From a virus (Duplodnaviria; Caudoviricetes), in the IMG/VR virus record IMGVR_UViG_3300006467_000454, positions 32,001 to 96,000 of that record: a stretch of 64,000 bases of DNA; one strand, given 5' to 3'. Positions within the stretch are counted from its first letter, which is position 1. Every line of letters starts with the position of its first letter. The position numbers were made by a program, and so were the translations under genes. This document shows positions 49,462 through 58,694 of the stretch, in pieces. Under the pieces are notes generated by a model. That model had not been told where the DNA came from and ran no database searches. It was given only the letters and a program-made list of their open reading frames with translations.

Positions 49462-51517
49462 TTTCAAAAAGCATATGAAGAAGAAACAGGAAGAGCTTCG
49501 GAATAAAATTCTGAAGGCGAATAAGAAATATCGGAAAGGTAAGCCGATAATGAGTGATTCTGAATTTGATGAACTTCTTGAGGGGTATATCAAGAAATAT
49601 CCTAATGATAAAAAACTGAAGAAAGTTCTCGGGTATAAAATATCCAGAAAAGAAGAATTATTCGAACAGATGATGTCATTAGATAAACTCAAAAGTTATG
49701 AGGCAGCGGTTAGTTGGCTTGAATCTAAAGGGGTTAAACTTTCTGATGCTATCGTAATTTCAGGAAAATTAGATGGAATTTCTTTATTGGTTAAAGAGTA
49801 CCAGAGGGAAGCATGGACAAGGGGTGATGGATTAGTGGGGCAAAGGTCTCATGAACATTTCAGAGCTATGAATCATAAGGAATCAACGATAAATGATTTA
49901 AAGACTTATGGGGAAGCGATAATCTCCCATAGCAATTGGAATAAGCATTTTAAAGGTAAAATTGACCCGATATCTAAAAAGCCTTATAAGGTTCCTCGTA
50001 ATACGGTGGCAGGATTGTTCAACCGTAATGAACCAGGAGATATGCTCCAATACGTTGACTATGTTAGGTATGGGATAGTTGGCTCCAAAAATGGCAAGGC
50101 AATGATTCATTCAGAGCTTGAAGAATTAGGCTTGGATTTTGCACCAATTGAAATGATGCCATTTAGTGCGTTTAAATCATTTGAAGACCCCGTTGCAGAA
50201 TTAGATGCAATCTATGAAAGGCTTGGGAGTAAATACCAAATAGATGGGCTTGTAATTGATATAAACTCTGTGGATACTAGGGAGAAACTAGGTAGAGAAG
50301 AAAACGGAAATCCTGCTTATGCTAGGGCAATAAAATTACCCCATTGGTCGGAACAAGAAGATTCTGATACGGTAATCCGGAAACTACATTTAAAAGTTAG
50401 TAAGCAGGGTAAAATTAAGGGGAAAGTAGAATTTGATCCGCTTATTATAGATGGATCAGAAGTAAAACAGGCATCATTCTACAATGCTAAATTCCTAACC
50501 CAATTCGTGCTGAATAAAGGTAGGAAAATCAAGGTTAAGAAATCTGGTGATATTATCCCTAAGATAATCGAAGTTGAAGGGGTGAGGGTTCCTATGAAGG
50601 AAGACTACACGAAAGGTAAGGATTTCGAAAAGGCTTTAGAAGGAGCTCAAGAAAAAGTCCAAAAAATAGTTGGAATTGAAGAATTTGCTGAATTATCTGA
50701 TAGCCTTACTGCTTGCCCTTGCTGTGGAACAGTTACCAAATGGGATTCAACCTTAACAGAATTACTTTGTACCAATAAAAAATGCCCTTCAATAAGGCTA
50801 ATGAAAATAGTCAATTTCTTTGCTAAAATGGAGATTGAAGATTTTGGTGAGCAGGAAATATCTAAACTATATGAAAGGGGTTATGTAAGAATAGAAGATA
50901 TTCTTAGGATGTCTCTTGAAGATTTCGTAGGTATTGAAGGTTGGGGCAAAAAATCTGCTAAGAAATTACTCAAGCAGTTTGCTGCAATGAGTAATTGCAC
51001 TGTGCCGTTGGCTAGAATTCTGGATGCTTTAGATTTATTTAAAGGTAAGCTTGGGGAGAAAACTATTCAGTTAATATTGGATAATACCACTATTGAAGAG
51101 GAATATTCTATTGAAGATCTTTGTAAAATAAAAGGTGTATCCGATATAACAGCCAAATTGTTTATAAAGGGGATGGGCAAATACAATAAATTGTCAAAGA
51201 AATTCCTTAAAAAATGGGAATGCTGTGAATTTTATTTGGATATTGTTCCTGCTTATATAGATACCCCTGCGAAAAAGGCAGCTTCTGATAATCTTGCTGG
51301 GGTGTGTGCTTGCTTTAGTGGGGTCAGGGATAAATCCCTTGAGGAAAAAATTAAAGACAATGGTGGCACCATAAGCACAGGAGTAAGCAAGAAAACTACT
51401 CATTTAATAGTAAAAGATTTGAGTGAAAAAGTTTTAGCTTCCGCAAAATGTATGAAGGCTAAAGAATTGAATATCCCGATAATCCCAATTGATGGGGCTT
51501 GGGATAAGCTTGAATAA
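49454..51517 (+). CDS. ligA: NAD-dependent DNA ligase
   Basis: YRKG.P.MSD.EFD, M.SLDK, KLDG, TRGDG, IDGLVI, SGDIIP, Zn finger, HhH repeats, BRCT. Confidence 0.93.
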   Translation: MVDFKKHMKKKQEELRNKILKANKKYRKGKPIMSDSEFDELLEGYIKKYPNDKKLKKVLGYKISRKEELFEQMMSLDKLKSYEAAVSWLESKGVKLSDAIVISGKLDGISLLVKEYQREAWTRGDGLVGQRSHEHFRAMNHKESTINDLKTYGEAIISHSNWNKHFKGKIDPISKKPYKVPRNTVAGLFNRNEPGDMLQYVDYVRYGIVGSKNGKAMIHSELEELGLDFAPIEMMPFSAFKSFEDPVAELDAIYERLGSKYQIDGLVIDINSVDTREKLGREENGNPAYARAIKLPHWSEQEDSDTVIRKLHLKVSKQGKIKGKVEFDPLIIDGSEVKQASFYNAKFLTQFVLNKGRKIKVKKSGDIIPKIIEVEGVRVPMKEDYTKGKDFEKALEGAQEKVQKIVGIEEFAELSDSLTACPCCGTVTKWDSTLTELLCTNKKCPSIRLMKIVNFFAKMEIEDFGEQEISKLYERGYVRIEDILRMSLEDFVGIEGWGKKSAKKLLKQFAAMSNCTVPLARILDALDLFKGKLGEKTIQLILDNTTIEEEYSIEDLCKIKGVSDITAKLFIKGMGKYNKLSKKFLKKWECCEFYLDIVPAYIDTPAKKAASDNLAGVCACFSGVRDKSLEEKIKDNGGTISTGVSKKTTHLIVKDLSEKVLASAKCMKAKELNIPIIPIDGAWDKLE

Positions 51518-51525
51518 TATTGATA

Positions 51526-51548
51526 TTATCTATAATCAATTTAAATAA
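51526..51548. promoter_or_regulatory. Palindromic operator, Fur-box-like (copy 4, inverted)
   Basis: TT-ATCTATAATCAATTTAAAT-AA. Confidence 0.55.
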
Positions 51549-51580
51549 GGAGGTCTAAATAAAATTAGATCTCCTTTTAT
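51547..51580 (+). terminator. Rho-independent terminator after ligA
   Basis: AAGGAGGTCTAA-ATAAAA-TTAGATCTCCTT followed by a T-rich tract. Confidence 0.8.
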
Positions 51581-51611
51581 TTTGTAGATAATTTTATCCG
51601 CATTATATTTG
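51581..51611 (+). promoter_or_regulatory. Bacteroidota housekeeping-sigma promoter
   Basis: TTTG (51581-84) + 19 nt + TATATTTG (51604-11). Confidence 0.8.
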
Positions 51612-51647
51612 AAGTATAAATTAATAATCATTCAAAAAACAAAAATC

Positions 51648-51923
51648 ATGGAATTTAATCCTTACGTTATCGAATTAAAAACTCTAAATAGATTAGAAAA
51701 CCTTATCAAAAAAGCTGCAAATTTTGTTTTTGAAAGAAACGGAATGAGGGCGGTAAGAACTAAAGATGGAACTCTAGATACTAGGACCCATAATATTGAC
51801 CTTAATTTAGAAGAAATGACTGTCTCTTACGAGGGCGGTGCTAGTAAATGGTATTACCATAAATTTGAAACCCCTGAGGCTGCCCAAAAATGGTGGAATA
51901 CTCATATTATTAACGCTAAATAA
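51648..51923 (+). CDS. Hypothetical (probable early) protein
   Basis: ATG 51648 with A-rich leader after promoter; 91 aa. Confidence 0.6.
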   Translation: MEFNPYVIELKTLNRLENLIKKAANFVFERNGMRAVRTKDGTLDTRTHNIDLNLEEMTVSYEGGASKWYYHKFETPEAAQKWWNTHIINAK

Positions 51924-51931
51924 TCGGAACA

Positions 51932-53911
51932 ATGGCTAATATAGAATTTAAACCGAATCATAATACGCCTGAACATATGGCGAAGGTATTGGAAGTCATC
52001 CAAGAAGGTACACCCGAAGCGGTCGGGATAAGGATCGGTCAGGTATATGTGGATAAAAGTTCCAGTGCATACAGCGGATTCATTGATTTAGTTAAGGACA
52101 TAACTATTGAAACTCGCAACAAGTTTCGTTCTGAAGAAACATACGAACACGTTTTGGTACATATTTATTCGTATGACCATATTGAAGATGCAGGGAAAAC
52201 TCCAGAAAATTCTAAGCATTATGCTAAAGAAAGTAAATCAAGCATCCATGATTTCTATTACTACCATATGAGGAATCATTTTAAATTTGAATCAGTAAAA
52301 GAAATGAAAGATTATTTTCAGGTAATTGATTCAGATTCATTTGATATCACTCAATATGAAGTGCATACGGTTCAGGAAAATGCCCTAGTACACATTGGGT
52401 CGGCAGACCATTTAAAAGCCATGAAAGAGGGCATGGATACCAAAAAAGATGCACTAGATAAATTCATCGGGGCAATACAGGTTAAGGCAACACAACAAAG
52501 GCTTGTACTGGAAAAATTCAAAAGCCAATTAGAAGCCCGTATGGCTAAATTCCAAGATGAAATCAGGAGAGTTGAATCAGTCCTTTGGACAATTGAGCTT
52601 TACTTAGGTATTGAGGAAACGGTTGTACAAATACAAGAGGGAACCCCTGCGTCGGCTGAGGAGCCATTACACTTATTCCAAACACCATCGTTTATGGATG
52701 AAGAAGTTGGTGATCCGTGGGATGGGGGATTAGATTTTAAAAACGTGAGGGATTTTGATGATTGGCTGGTACGCAAGAATCATAAGGGGGTGCGTAATTA
52801 TGAAGAGATTCTTTACCCTCGTTCAGTAATGTTATTCCGAGTACGTAGGCATGAAAAAGATTACGGTGATATAAATCCTTATTTAAAATTAGAATTGGAT
52901 ACCAAAAATCAAAAGACTTATATTTTGATTCGTAATGGTGATCAAATTTACCGTATTTGGGCAGATATCAATATTCGTAAGTTCTTCCCTGATCAAGATG
53001 AATTCCAAAAAATGAAGGAAGATCGTTGGTACAATAATGATCCTGAAAAAATGGAGAATAGGCTTAAAGATGCTTTCTTAAAGTACCAACGCCATATGAT
53101 CCTCCTGCAAGGTTTAATTGACCGTACTGAAGTATTTAGCCCTATGCCTAAAATAAGGCTACAAGATCTCCCAGAACAAGTAAAATACCTATACACAGGT
53201 CGCATGATGCTGCCTACTGAACGTCCAATGTTTAAAGATTGGGTAAAATCTATCAATGAAAAATTAACTGACGGATGTAGAATCGTTTGGCCAAACTGGA
53301 GTGACATGGGTTATAGATCAAACGGAAGGCATTCTGATTTAAAAGAACAGGATAGATTCAGTGAACAATATTACACTTGGAGAGGTGAAAATTATAATCT
53401 CCCAGACCCACCACTTCCTGGATTATATCAAGTTGAAGGGCTTGATAGCAGTAAATGGGATTACCCTTTTATCAAAATCAGGAACAAGAAAAGTTGGGAA
53501 CGTGAAGAAGATTGTAAGGGACGTCGTAAAATCCAATATCGTATTCATTTTGAAGAAGATTGCTTGATAAATTATGATCTTTGTACATTGGACGACGTGG
53601 AGTATTACCTAAATTCACGTGCAGACCGACCTCAATATCTGTACATGATGCCATTGCTATTTGAAATTAGGAAGTACTTATTAAAAGATAAGGAACGTGA
53701 GGAGAAGTTTGGTGAAATGGTGAAGGGGGTATTCCTTAAGGAAGGTGTCACTGTTGAAGATTGGGTTATAATCAAAAATATTGATTGGTGGAAAACCAAA
53801 AACAAGTGGAAGCGTTCATTAGAAATTGATGATTCCAAGGCTTTCCGTATGATCGTAAAGAAAATTTGTAGTGAACTTAAAATTAATTCTAAATCTATTT
53901 TAAAATTCTAG
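51932..53911 (+). CDS. Large hypothetical protein with central coiled coil
   Basis: 659 aa; no motif recognised with confidence. Confidence 0.6.
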   Translation: MANIEFKPNHNTPEHMAKVLEVIQEGTPEAVGIRIGQVYVDKSSSAYSGFIDLVKDITIETRNKFRSEETYEHVLVHIYSYDHIEDAGKTPENSKHYAKESKSSIHDFYYYHMRNHFKFESVKEMKDYFQVIDSDSFDITQYEVHTVQENALVHIGSADHLKAMKEGMDTKKDALDKFIGAIQVKATQQRLVLEKFKSQLEARMAKFQDEIRRVESVLWTIELYLGIEETVVQIQEGTPASAEEPLHLFQTPSFMDEEVGDPWDGGLDFKNVRDFDDWLVRKNHKGVRNYEEILYPRSVMLFRVRRHEKDYGDINPYLKLELDTKNQKTYILIRNGDQIYRIWADINIRKFFPDQDEFQKMKEDRWYNNDPEKMENRLKDAFLKYQRHMILLQGLIDRTEVFSPMPKIRLQDLPEQVKYLYTGRMMLPTERPMFKDWVKSINEKLTDGCRIVWPNWSDMGYRSNGRHSDLKEQDRFSEQYYTWRGENYNLPDPPLPGLYQVEGLDSSKWDYPFIKIRNKKSWEREEDCKGRRKIQYRIHFEEDCLINYDLCTLDDVEYYLNSRADRPQYLYMMPLLFEIRKYLLKDKEREEKFGEMVKGVFLKEGVTVEDWVIIKNIDWWKTKNKWKRSLEIDDSKAFRMIVKKICSELKINSKSILKF

Positions 53912-53913
53912 TT

Positions 53914-54180
53914 ATGGCAGCAGATTGTGAACAATGTGGGGCATTAGTCCACGCCAAAAATGGTAAAATGGTAATGCTCAAAGATGAGCTTTGGCTTTCA
54001 ATAGCTAAGAAAGAAGAATTTATTTGTGATTGCTGTATTGAAAAACGTCTTGGGAGACCAATAACCGTTGAAGATTTCAAAGAACCCTCTGAGAAATACA
54101 AAAAGCATTATGGAATCAATTTCATCCTAGTCAATTACCTATTCGCTATGGAGAAAGGGTTAAAATTCAATCCACTATGA
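53914..54180 (+). CDS. Small zinc-finger protein
   Basis: CEQCG...M.KDELW...ICDCCIEKRLGR.I...DF. Confidence 0.6.
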   Translation: MAADCEQCGALVHAKNGKMVMLKDELWLSIAKKEEFICDCCIEKRLGRPITVEDFKEPSEKYKKHYGINFILVNYLFAMEKGLKFNPL

Positions 54181-54509
54181 GCAAAGAATCCGAAGTAAAA
54201 GTGATGGGGCTTAACAGTATGCACAAGAATACTACCCTCAAATTCAATGCAAACGGCATGGAAATAGCGGTGAGCCTAAATATTGAACCAAGTATGAAGC
54301 CATATTTATCACCAAATAACGTTTTCAAGGGGGATAAGCACTTAGTTTATTCCCTCCGGAAACATATTCCATCAAGATATATTTGTGCTAATACCATCAA
54401 TATGTGGCAGGAAACGCTGTTAAATAGGTGTATGATCCTATGCCGTGAAGCTAAAATAAAAGTAAAACAATCTGAAATCAAAAAACTAAAAAGCAATGAA
54501 CAAAATTAG
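54177..54509 (+). CDS. Hypothetical protein
   Basis: 110 aa. Confidence 0.5.
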   Translation: MSKESEVKVMGLNSMHKNTTLKFNANGMEIAVSLNIEPSMKPYLSPNNVFKGDKHLVYSLRKHIPSRYICANTINMWQETLLNRCMILCREAKIKVKQSEIKKLKSNEQN

Positions 54510-54864
54510 AAGGTTTTTAATCGGTTGGCTATTTAAGCCTGAAATGGAACAAATTGAAAACACCCTCAAAAAAATTGATGAGACTGCAGCTAAAATAGTT
54601 GAGTTGAAACATGAACATGAGGAATCCCTTAAATTATCCAAGAATCTATTTGAAAATATAGGGGTTGGGGTTGATGTTCACCAATATTCTCCAAGTTGGG
54701 CAGTGGTATGTATTCAAGGTAAGGGAACAGATTTTGTGAAATTTTGCCACCTTAGTCAACGGGATGCACATTCTATCAGGCAATTCATTTCACAATTTGA
54801 CAGAACCCGAACCAATGTTGACTTACCTATGGGTACAAGAAAGAGTCAATTTTTATCATTTTAA
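54496..54864 (+). CDS. Hypothetical protein
   Basis: 122 aa; VDVH..SPSWAVVCIQG. Confidence 0.55.
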   Translation: MNKIRRFLIGWLFKPEMEQIENTLKKIDETAAKIVELKHEHEESLKLSKNLFENIGVGVDVHQYSPSWAVVCIQGKGTDFVKFCHLSQRDAHSIRQFISQFDRTRTNVDLPMGTRKSQFLSF

Positions 54865-54882
54865 AAATAAATCTAATTTTAT

Positions 54883-54913
54883 TTTGTTTTTAAAATAATT
54901 TGACATACATTTG
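54883..54913 (+). promoter_or_regulatory. Bacteroidota housekeeping-sigma promoter
   Basis: TTTG (54883-86) + 19 nt + TACATTTG (54906-13). Confidence 0.8.
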
Positions 54914-54961
54914 AATTATCAAATTAAAATTAAATCTATTTTTAAATAAAAAATCGAAATC

Positions 54962-55789
54962 ATGTTACAAGAACTTACATTTGAAGCAATTGAAGCCCCT
55001 ATCTTTTATGACGTAAACGGGCAGAAAATTCAATCTCCAGAACATAAGGCGATTGTAAGAAGTGACGATAACTCGGCTTTATCTATTATGAAGAAAAGTT
55101 ATCACCCTATGTTCAACAAGGATTTTATGAAATCTGTTGAACAAATGATGGCTATCAGTAATTTTGATTTCACTGGTTATAGTGAAATTAACGGTGGAAG
55201 AATAGTTATCGCTCACCTTAAAAATAACAAGGAGAATTTAGCTATTAACGGTCATGAAATCAAGGATTACTTGGTTATGGGTAATAGTTTTGATGGGAGT
55301 TCACCTTTCTTTATTGGTACAACTACTGAATTATTGCGTTGCAAAAATCAATTCAGCCGTATCAATAGAATGGAAAGAGTTCGCCATACTAAATCATCTC
55401 CAAAGCGTAGAGATGAATTGTTCCGTGCCCTTGAAGTTTACTTCAAACAACGTGACCAAATGTATCAGAATTTCAATCAGCTTACTAAGGTTCAAGTTGA
55501 TGAGGCTACTCGTAAATTGGCAGCGGATTATATTATGGGTATCAAGGAAGAAGATCGCCTTGCTGGATTAAGTACTCGTAAAGAAAATCAAGTGATTTTA
55601 CTTGACAATCGCATGATTCAAGAAATGAACGATGTTGGGCAAACTGCTTGGGGATTACTTCAAGGTTCAACTTACTATACTACTCACGATATGAGTGAGA
55701 AATCAAGGGAAAGATCTGGTTTTGGTAGCCTATTTGGCAAACCTGCTGAAATCAACCAAAAAGCCCTTTCATTCTGCAATAATCTATAA
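54962..55789 (+). CDS. DUF932/DUF945-family phage/plasmid protein
   Basis: KAIVRSD...YHP..N, NSFDGS, RC.NQ, RHT, TAWGLLQG.T.Y.TH. Confidence 0.8.
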   Translation: MLQELTFEAIEAPIFYDVNGQKIQSPEHKAIVRSDDNSALSIMKKSYHPMFNKDFMKSVEQMMAISNFDFTGYSEINGGRIVIAHLKNNKENLAINGHEIKDYLVMGNSFDGSSPFFIGTTTELLRCKNQFSRINRMERVRHTKSSPKRRDELFRALEVYFKQRDQMYQNFNQLTKVQVDEATRKLAADYIMGIKEEDRLAGLSTRKENQVILLDNRMIQEMNDVGQTAWGLLQGSTYYTTHDMSEKSRERSGFGSLFGKPAEINQKALSFCNNL

Positions 55790-55791
55790 TT

Positions 55792-55995
55792 ATGGGAGAG
55801 GCTTTTCCTAAGTTAAACAGCAAAAGGGTTGAAGCTAATAAGCAAGTAAATGAAATTAAGGCAGAAATTTACAAAGCCGTTGACAGTAAATTCAAAGATC
55901 TGGATTACCATAATTTCAACAAAGCCCTTATAGAAATTTTATCTGAAAATCAAACGAGAGTTTTAGACCACTATCACGGCAAATTAATCGATTGA
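55792..55995 (+). CDS. Hypothetical protein
   Basis: 67 aa. Confidence 0.5.
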   Translation: MGEAFPKLNSKRVEANKQVNEIKAEIYKAVDSKFKDLDYHNFNKALIEILSENQTRVLDHYHGKLID

Positions 55996-56004
55996 TATAC
56001 AATA

Positions 56005-56038
56005 CCCCCACTTTAAGCGTAAACGTTTCAGGTGGGGG
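56005..56038. other. Intergenic GC-rich hairpin without U-tract
   Basis: CCCCCACTT-T-AAGCG-TAAA-CGTTT-C-AGGTGGGGG. Confidence 0.65.
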
Positions 56039-56054
56039 ATTAAATGTCTAAAAT

Positions 56055-56360
56055 ATGGGAAATAGGAATTTTAAACAACATAAAAAGAATGGGTACACCG
56101 TTGTGGATAACTCCATAATGATGAACAAGAATATTTCTTTGAGGGCTAAAGGGTTGCTTATCGTAATGTTGAGCCTCCCACCTGATTGGAATTTTACTGA
56201 AACAGGATTAGTTTCAATAGGGATTGAAGGTCGGGATGCAATCAGGAGCACATTACAGGAGCTTGAAAAACACAAATACTTGAAGCGTACAAGGGAACGT
56301 GGTGATAATGGTAGGTTGAAAAAGATCTTCTATGATATCTATGAAGAGCCGTATGAATAA
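56055..56360 (+). CDS. Winged-helix replication-initiator-like N-terminal domain (truncated Rep)
   Basis: YTVVDN.I..N..ISL.AKGLL..MLSLP.DW.F....L......GRDAIRS.L.ELE..YL.R. Confidence 0.75.
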   Translation: MGNRNFKQHKKNGYTVVDNSIMMNKNISLRAKGLLIVMLSLPPDWNFTETGLVSIGIEGRDAIRSTLQELEKHKYLKRTRERGDNGRLKKIFYDIYEEPYE

Positions 56361-56460
56361 TTCACCTAACGACGGGTTGCCCAACTTAGGTGAAAGCTAT
56401 ATAGGCAAAACCCCTACAATAAAGTACTATATGTATAAAGTACTAATATTATAAAGTACT
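56361..56460. repeat. Origin-like array: 9-bp inverted repeat plus 3 x ATAAAGTACT with 16-bp period
   Basis: TTCACCTAA (56361-69)/TTAGGTGAA (56386-94); ATAAAGTACT at 56419, 56435, 56451. Confidence 0.7.
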
Positions 56461-56574
56461 CTCCTTTTATTCATGATATTCATAAAAGGAGGAAAAAATC
56501 AGTTGATAATTTCGTGAATCTGACGATTCCCTCAAGATGTGAAGCTGCGCTTCCCCCTCTTTTATTTTTAAGTT

Positions 56575-58209
56575 ATGAAGAGAACCTTTTACATAGATCA
56601 AAATTTCATTCACTTTAAATTTGAATACAACCCTGATATTAAGGAGTTGATCAAAAAGATTGAAGGTGCACATTGGAATCCTGAATTAAAGGAGTGGTAT
56701 CTTGAGAGAACCCTACATAACAGGCCTGATATTTCTAAAATCGTAAAGAAATACGAATTTCAGAATATCTCAGCGAAGAGGAAAAAGAAAAACGGCAAAA
56801 ACGCTAAATTGCCCGTTCAGAAAATTAAAGTCCCCAAATCCTTTAAAAAGTCCCTTAAAAAGCTACCATTAAAATTGACCCCTCGTAAATACCAAGTCAA
56901 GGGGATTTATTACATGGTAGAGAATGAAAAGGTTATTAATGGGGACGATGTAGGTTTAGGGAAAACAGGGCAGAGTATTTGCTCAATAGAATTTAATAAA
57001 TCATTCCCTTGTTTAGTCGTTCCACCTGCTTCCCTAAAATTCCAATGGGAAGATGAGTGGAATAAATGGATTGATGGAAGGGATATCTCTGTTATTGACG
57101 GAAGGGATAAGAATTTTGATGCCGAAGTAATCATCATTAATTTCGATTTATTAAATAAATTTAAGAAAGAACTCCTTAGCCTAGATTTAAAGGGTTTAAT
57201 TGTGGATGAGAGCCACTTTTGTAAAAACCCTAAAAGTTTACGCTCAAAAGTTCTGAAAGAAGTTGGGAAGGGCATTAGGTTTAAGTTCCTACTTACGGGA
57301 ACTCTGATTAAAAATAGACCTTTGGAAATTGTGTCACAAATTGGAATTCTTGGAATATTCGAGGAATTGTTTGGGAATTTTAATAAATTTGTATATCGAT
57401 TTTGTAATGCAAGGAGAACAAAGTATGGGCTTGATACTAAGGGTGCTAGCAAAACTTTAGAGTTGAACCAAATACTCAGAGAATATTGTTACATACGTAG
57501 GGAGAAGGGGGAAGTTAAAAAAGAATTGCCTCCTCATCAAGAAATTCCATTAAAAGTTAAGATTACAAATAAAACAATTTATAAGAAAGCCGAATCAGAT
57601 TTGATTGGGTATATTCGTGAAAATATTGGGGAGATTGAAGCAGAGAATGCTCAGCGTGCTGAGGCTATTGTGAAAATCAATCTATTAAGGCAGTTAACAA
57701 GTAAGGGTAAAATCAAGACCGTTTTTGAAATGGTCGATAACTGGATAGAAGAAACTGATTATAAAATCTGTATCTTCGGTACGTATGTTGACACTTTAGA
57801 GGAAATTTCAGATTATTATAAATCCCCTTTAATTTACGGGGGTACAAGCCCAAAGAAAAAGAGGCAAATTGTTAAGGATTTCCAAGATAGTGAAGACAGG
57901 GTAATAGTAGGGAATATTGAGAGTATGGGGACTGGAACCGATGGTTTGCAGTATTGCTCATCTATCCTGCTGATAATTGATTTACCTGATTGCCCTACTG
58001 ATATTGATCAGGTGATAGGTAGATTAGTGAGGGAAGGGCAGCTTGATTTTGTTAAAGCCTATATGTTGATAAGTCCAAAGACTATCGATGCTAGGATTTG
58101 GAAGGTGTTACAAGAAAAGAAAAAGATTACTGATGCAGTAAATAAGGGGATTGAGATTAATTCATTTGATAAGTCATTTTATGGCGAATTAATAAAAAGC
58201 TATACATGA
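56575..58209 (+). CDS. SNF2-family (HARP/SMARCAL1-like) helicase
   Basis: N-terminal HARP-like domain; GDDVGLGKT, DESH, LTGT, GTGTDGLQ, QVIGRLVREGQ. Confidence 0.88.
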   Translation: MKRTFYIDQNFIHFKFEYNPDIKELIKKIEGAHWNPELKEWYLERTLHNRPDISKIVKKYEFQNISAKRKKKNGKNAKLPVQKIKVPKSFKKSLKKLPLKLTPRKYQVKGIYYMVENEKVINGDDVGLGKTGQSICSIEFNKSFPCLVVPPASLKFQWEDEWNKWIDGRDISVIDGRDKNFDAEVIIINFDLLNKFKKELLSLDLKGLIVDESHFCKNPKSLRSKVLKEVGKGIRFKFLLTGTLIKNRPLEIVSQIGILGIFEELFGNFNKFVYRFCNARRTKYGLDTKGASKTLELNQILREYCYIRREKGEVKKELPPHQEIPLKVKITNKTIYKKAESDLIGYIRENIGEIEAENAQRAEAIVKINLLRQLTSKGKIKTVFEMVDNWIEETDYKICIFGTYVDTLEEISDYYKSPLIYGGTSPKKKRQIVKDFQDSEDRVIVGNIESMGTGTDGLQYCSSILLIIDLPDCPTDIDQVIGRLVREGQLDFVKAYMLISPKTIDARIWKVLQEKKKITDAVNKGIEINSFDKSFYGELIKSYT

Positions 58210-58688
58210 AAAAATATGTGATTTTTACAGATGGGAGTTGTAACGCTAAAACTAAACAGGGTGGGAGTGGGGTTTTCATAGCGAAGCCAAAAGAAAAAAG
58301 AATTGGTATTGGGTATTGCCCGACAAGGACAGGGAGGACAGAAGTCAACGCCCTTTTGTTAGCTTTGAAGGAAATCCCCAAGGATAAGAAAACCAATGTC
58401 CTCATCTATTCTGATAGCCAATACGTGGTGAAATCAATCATGGAGAATTGGGTTTACAATTGGGAAAAGATGGGGTGGATTGACCGTAAAAATGTAGACC
58501 TTTGGAAGAAGATTCTTAAGAGAATCAGAAATCGACCAAAAATGAAATTAAAATTAATCCATATCAAAGGGCACCAAAAGGATCTTTCAAATGAATTGAT
58601 TGCTGGAAATAATGAGGCTGACAAGTTAGCTTCATACAAAAATTTTAAAGAATTCGTAAAAACTGACCCAAGTACTTGGGATAAATAA
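58206..58688 (+). CDS. rnhA: Ribonuclease HI
   Basis: FTDGSC, RTE, YSDSQY, KNVDLW, IKGH, GNNEADKLA. Confidence 0.9.
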   Translation: MKKYVIFTDGSCNAKTKQGGSGVFIAKPKEKRIGIGYCPTRTGRTEVNALLLALKEIPKDKKTNVLIYSDSQYVVKSIMENWVYNWEKMGWIDRKNVDLWKKILKRIRNRPKMKLKLIHIKGHQKDLSNELIAGNNEADKLASYKNFKEFVKTDPSTWDK

Positions 58689-58694
58689 ATCGAA

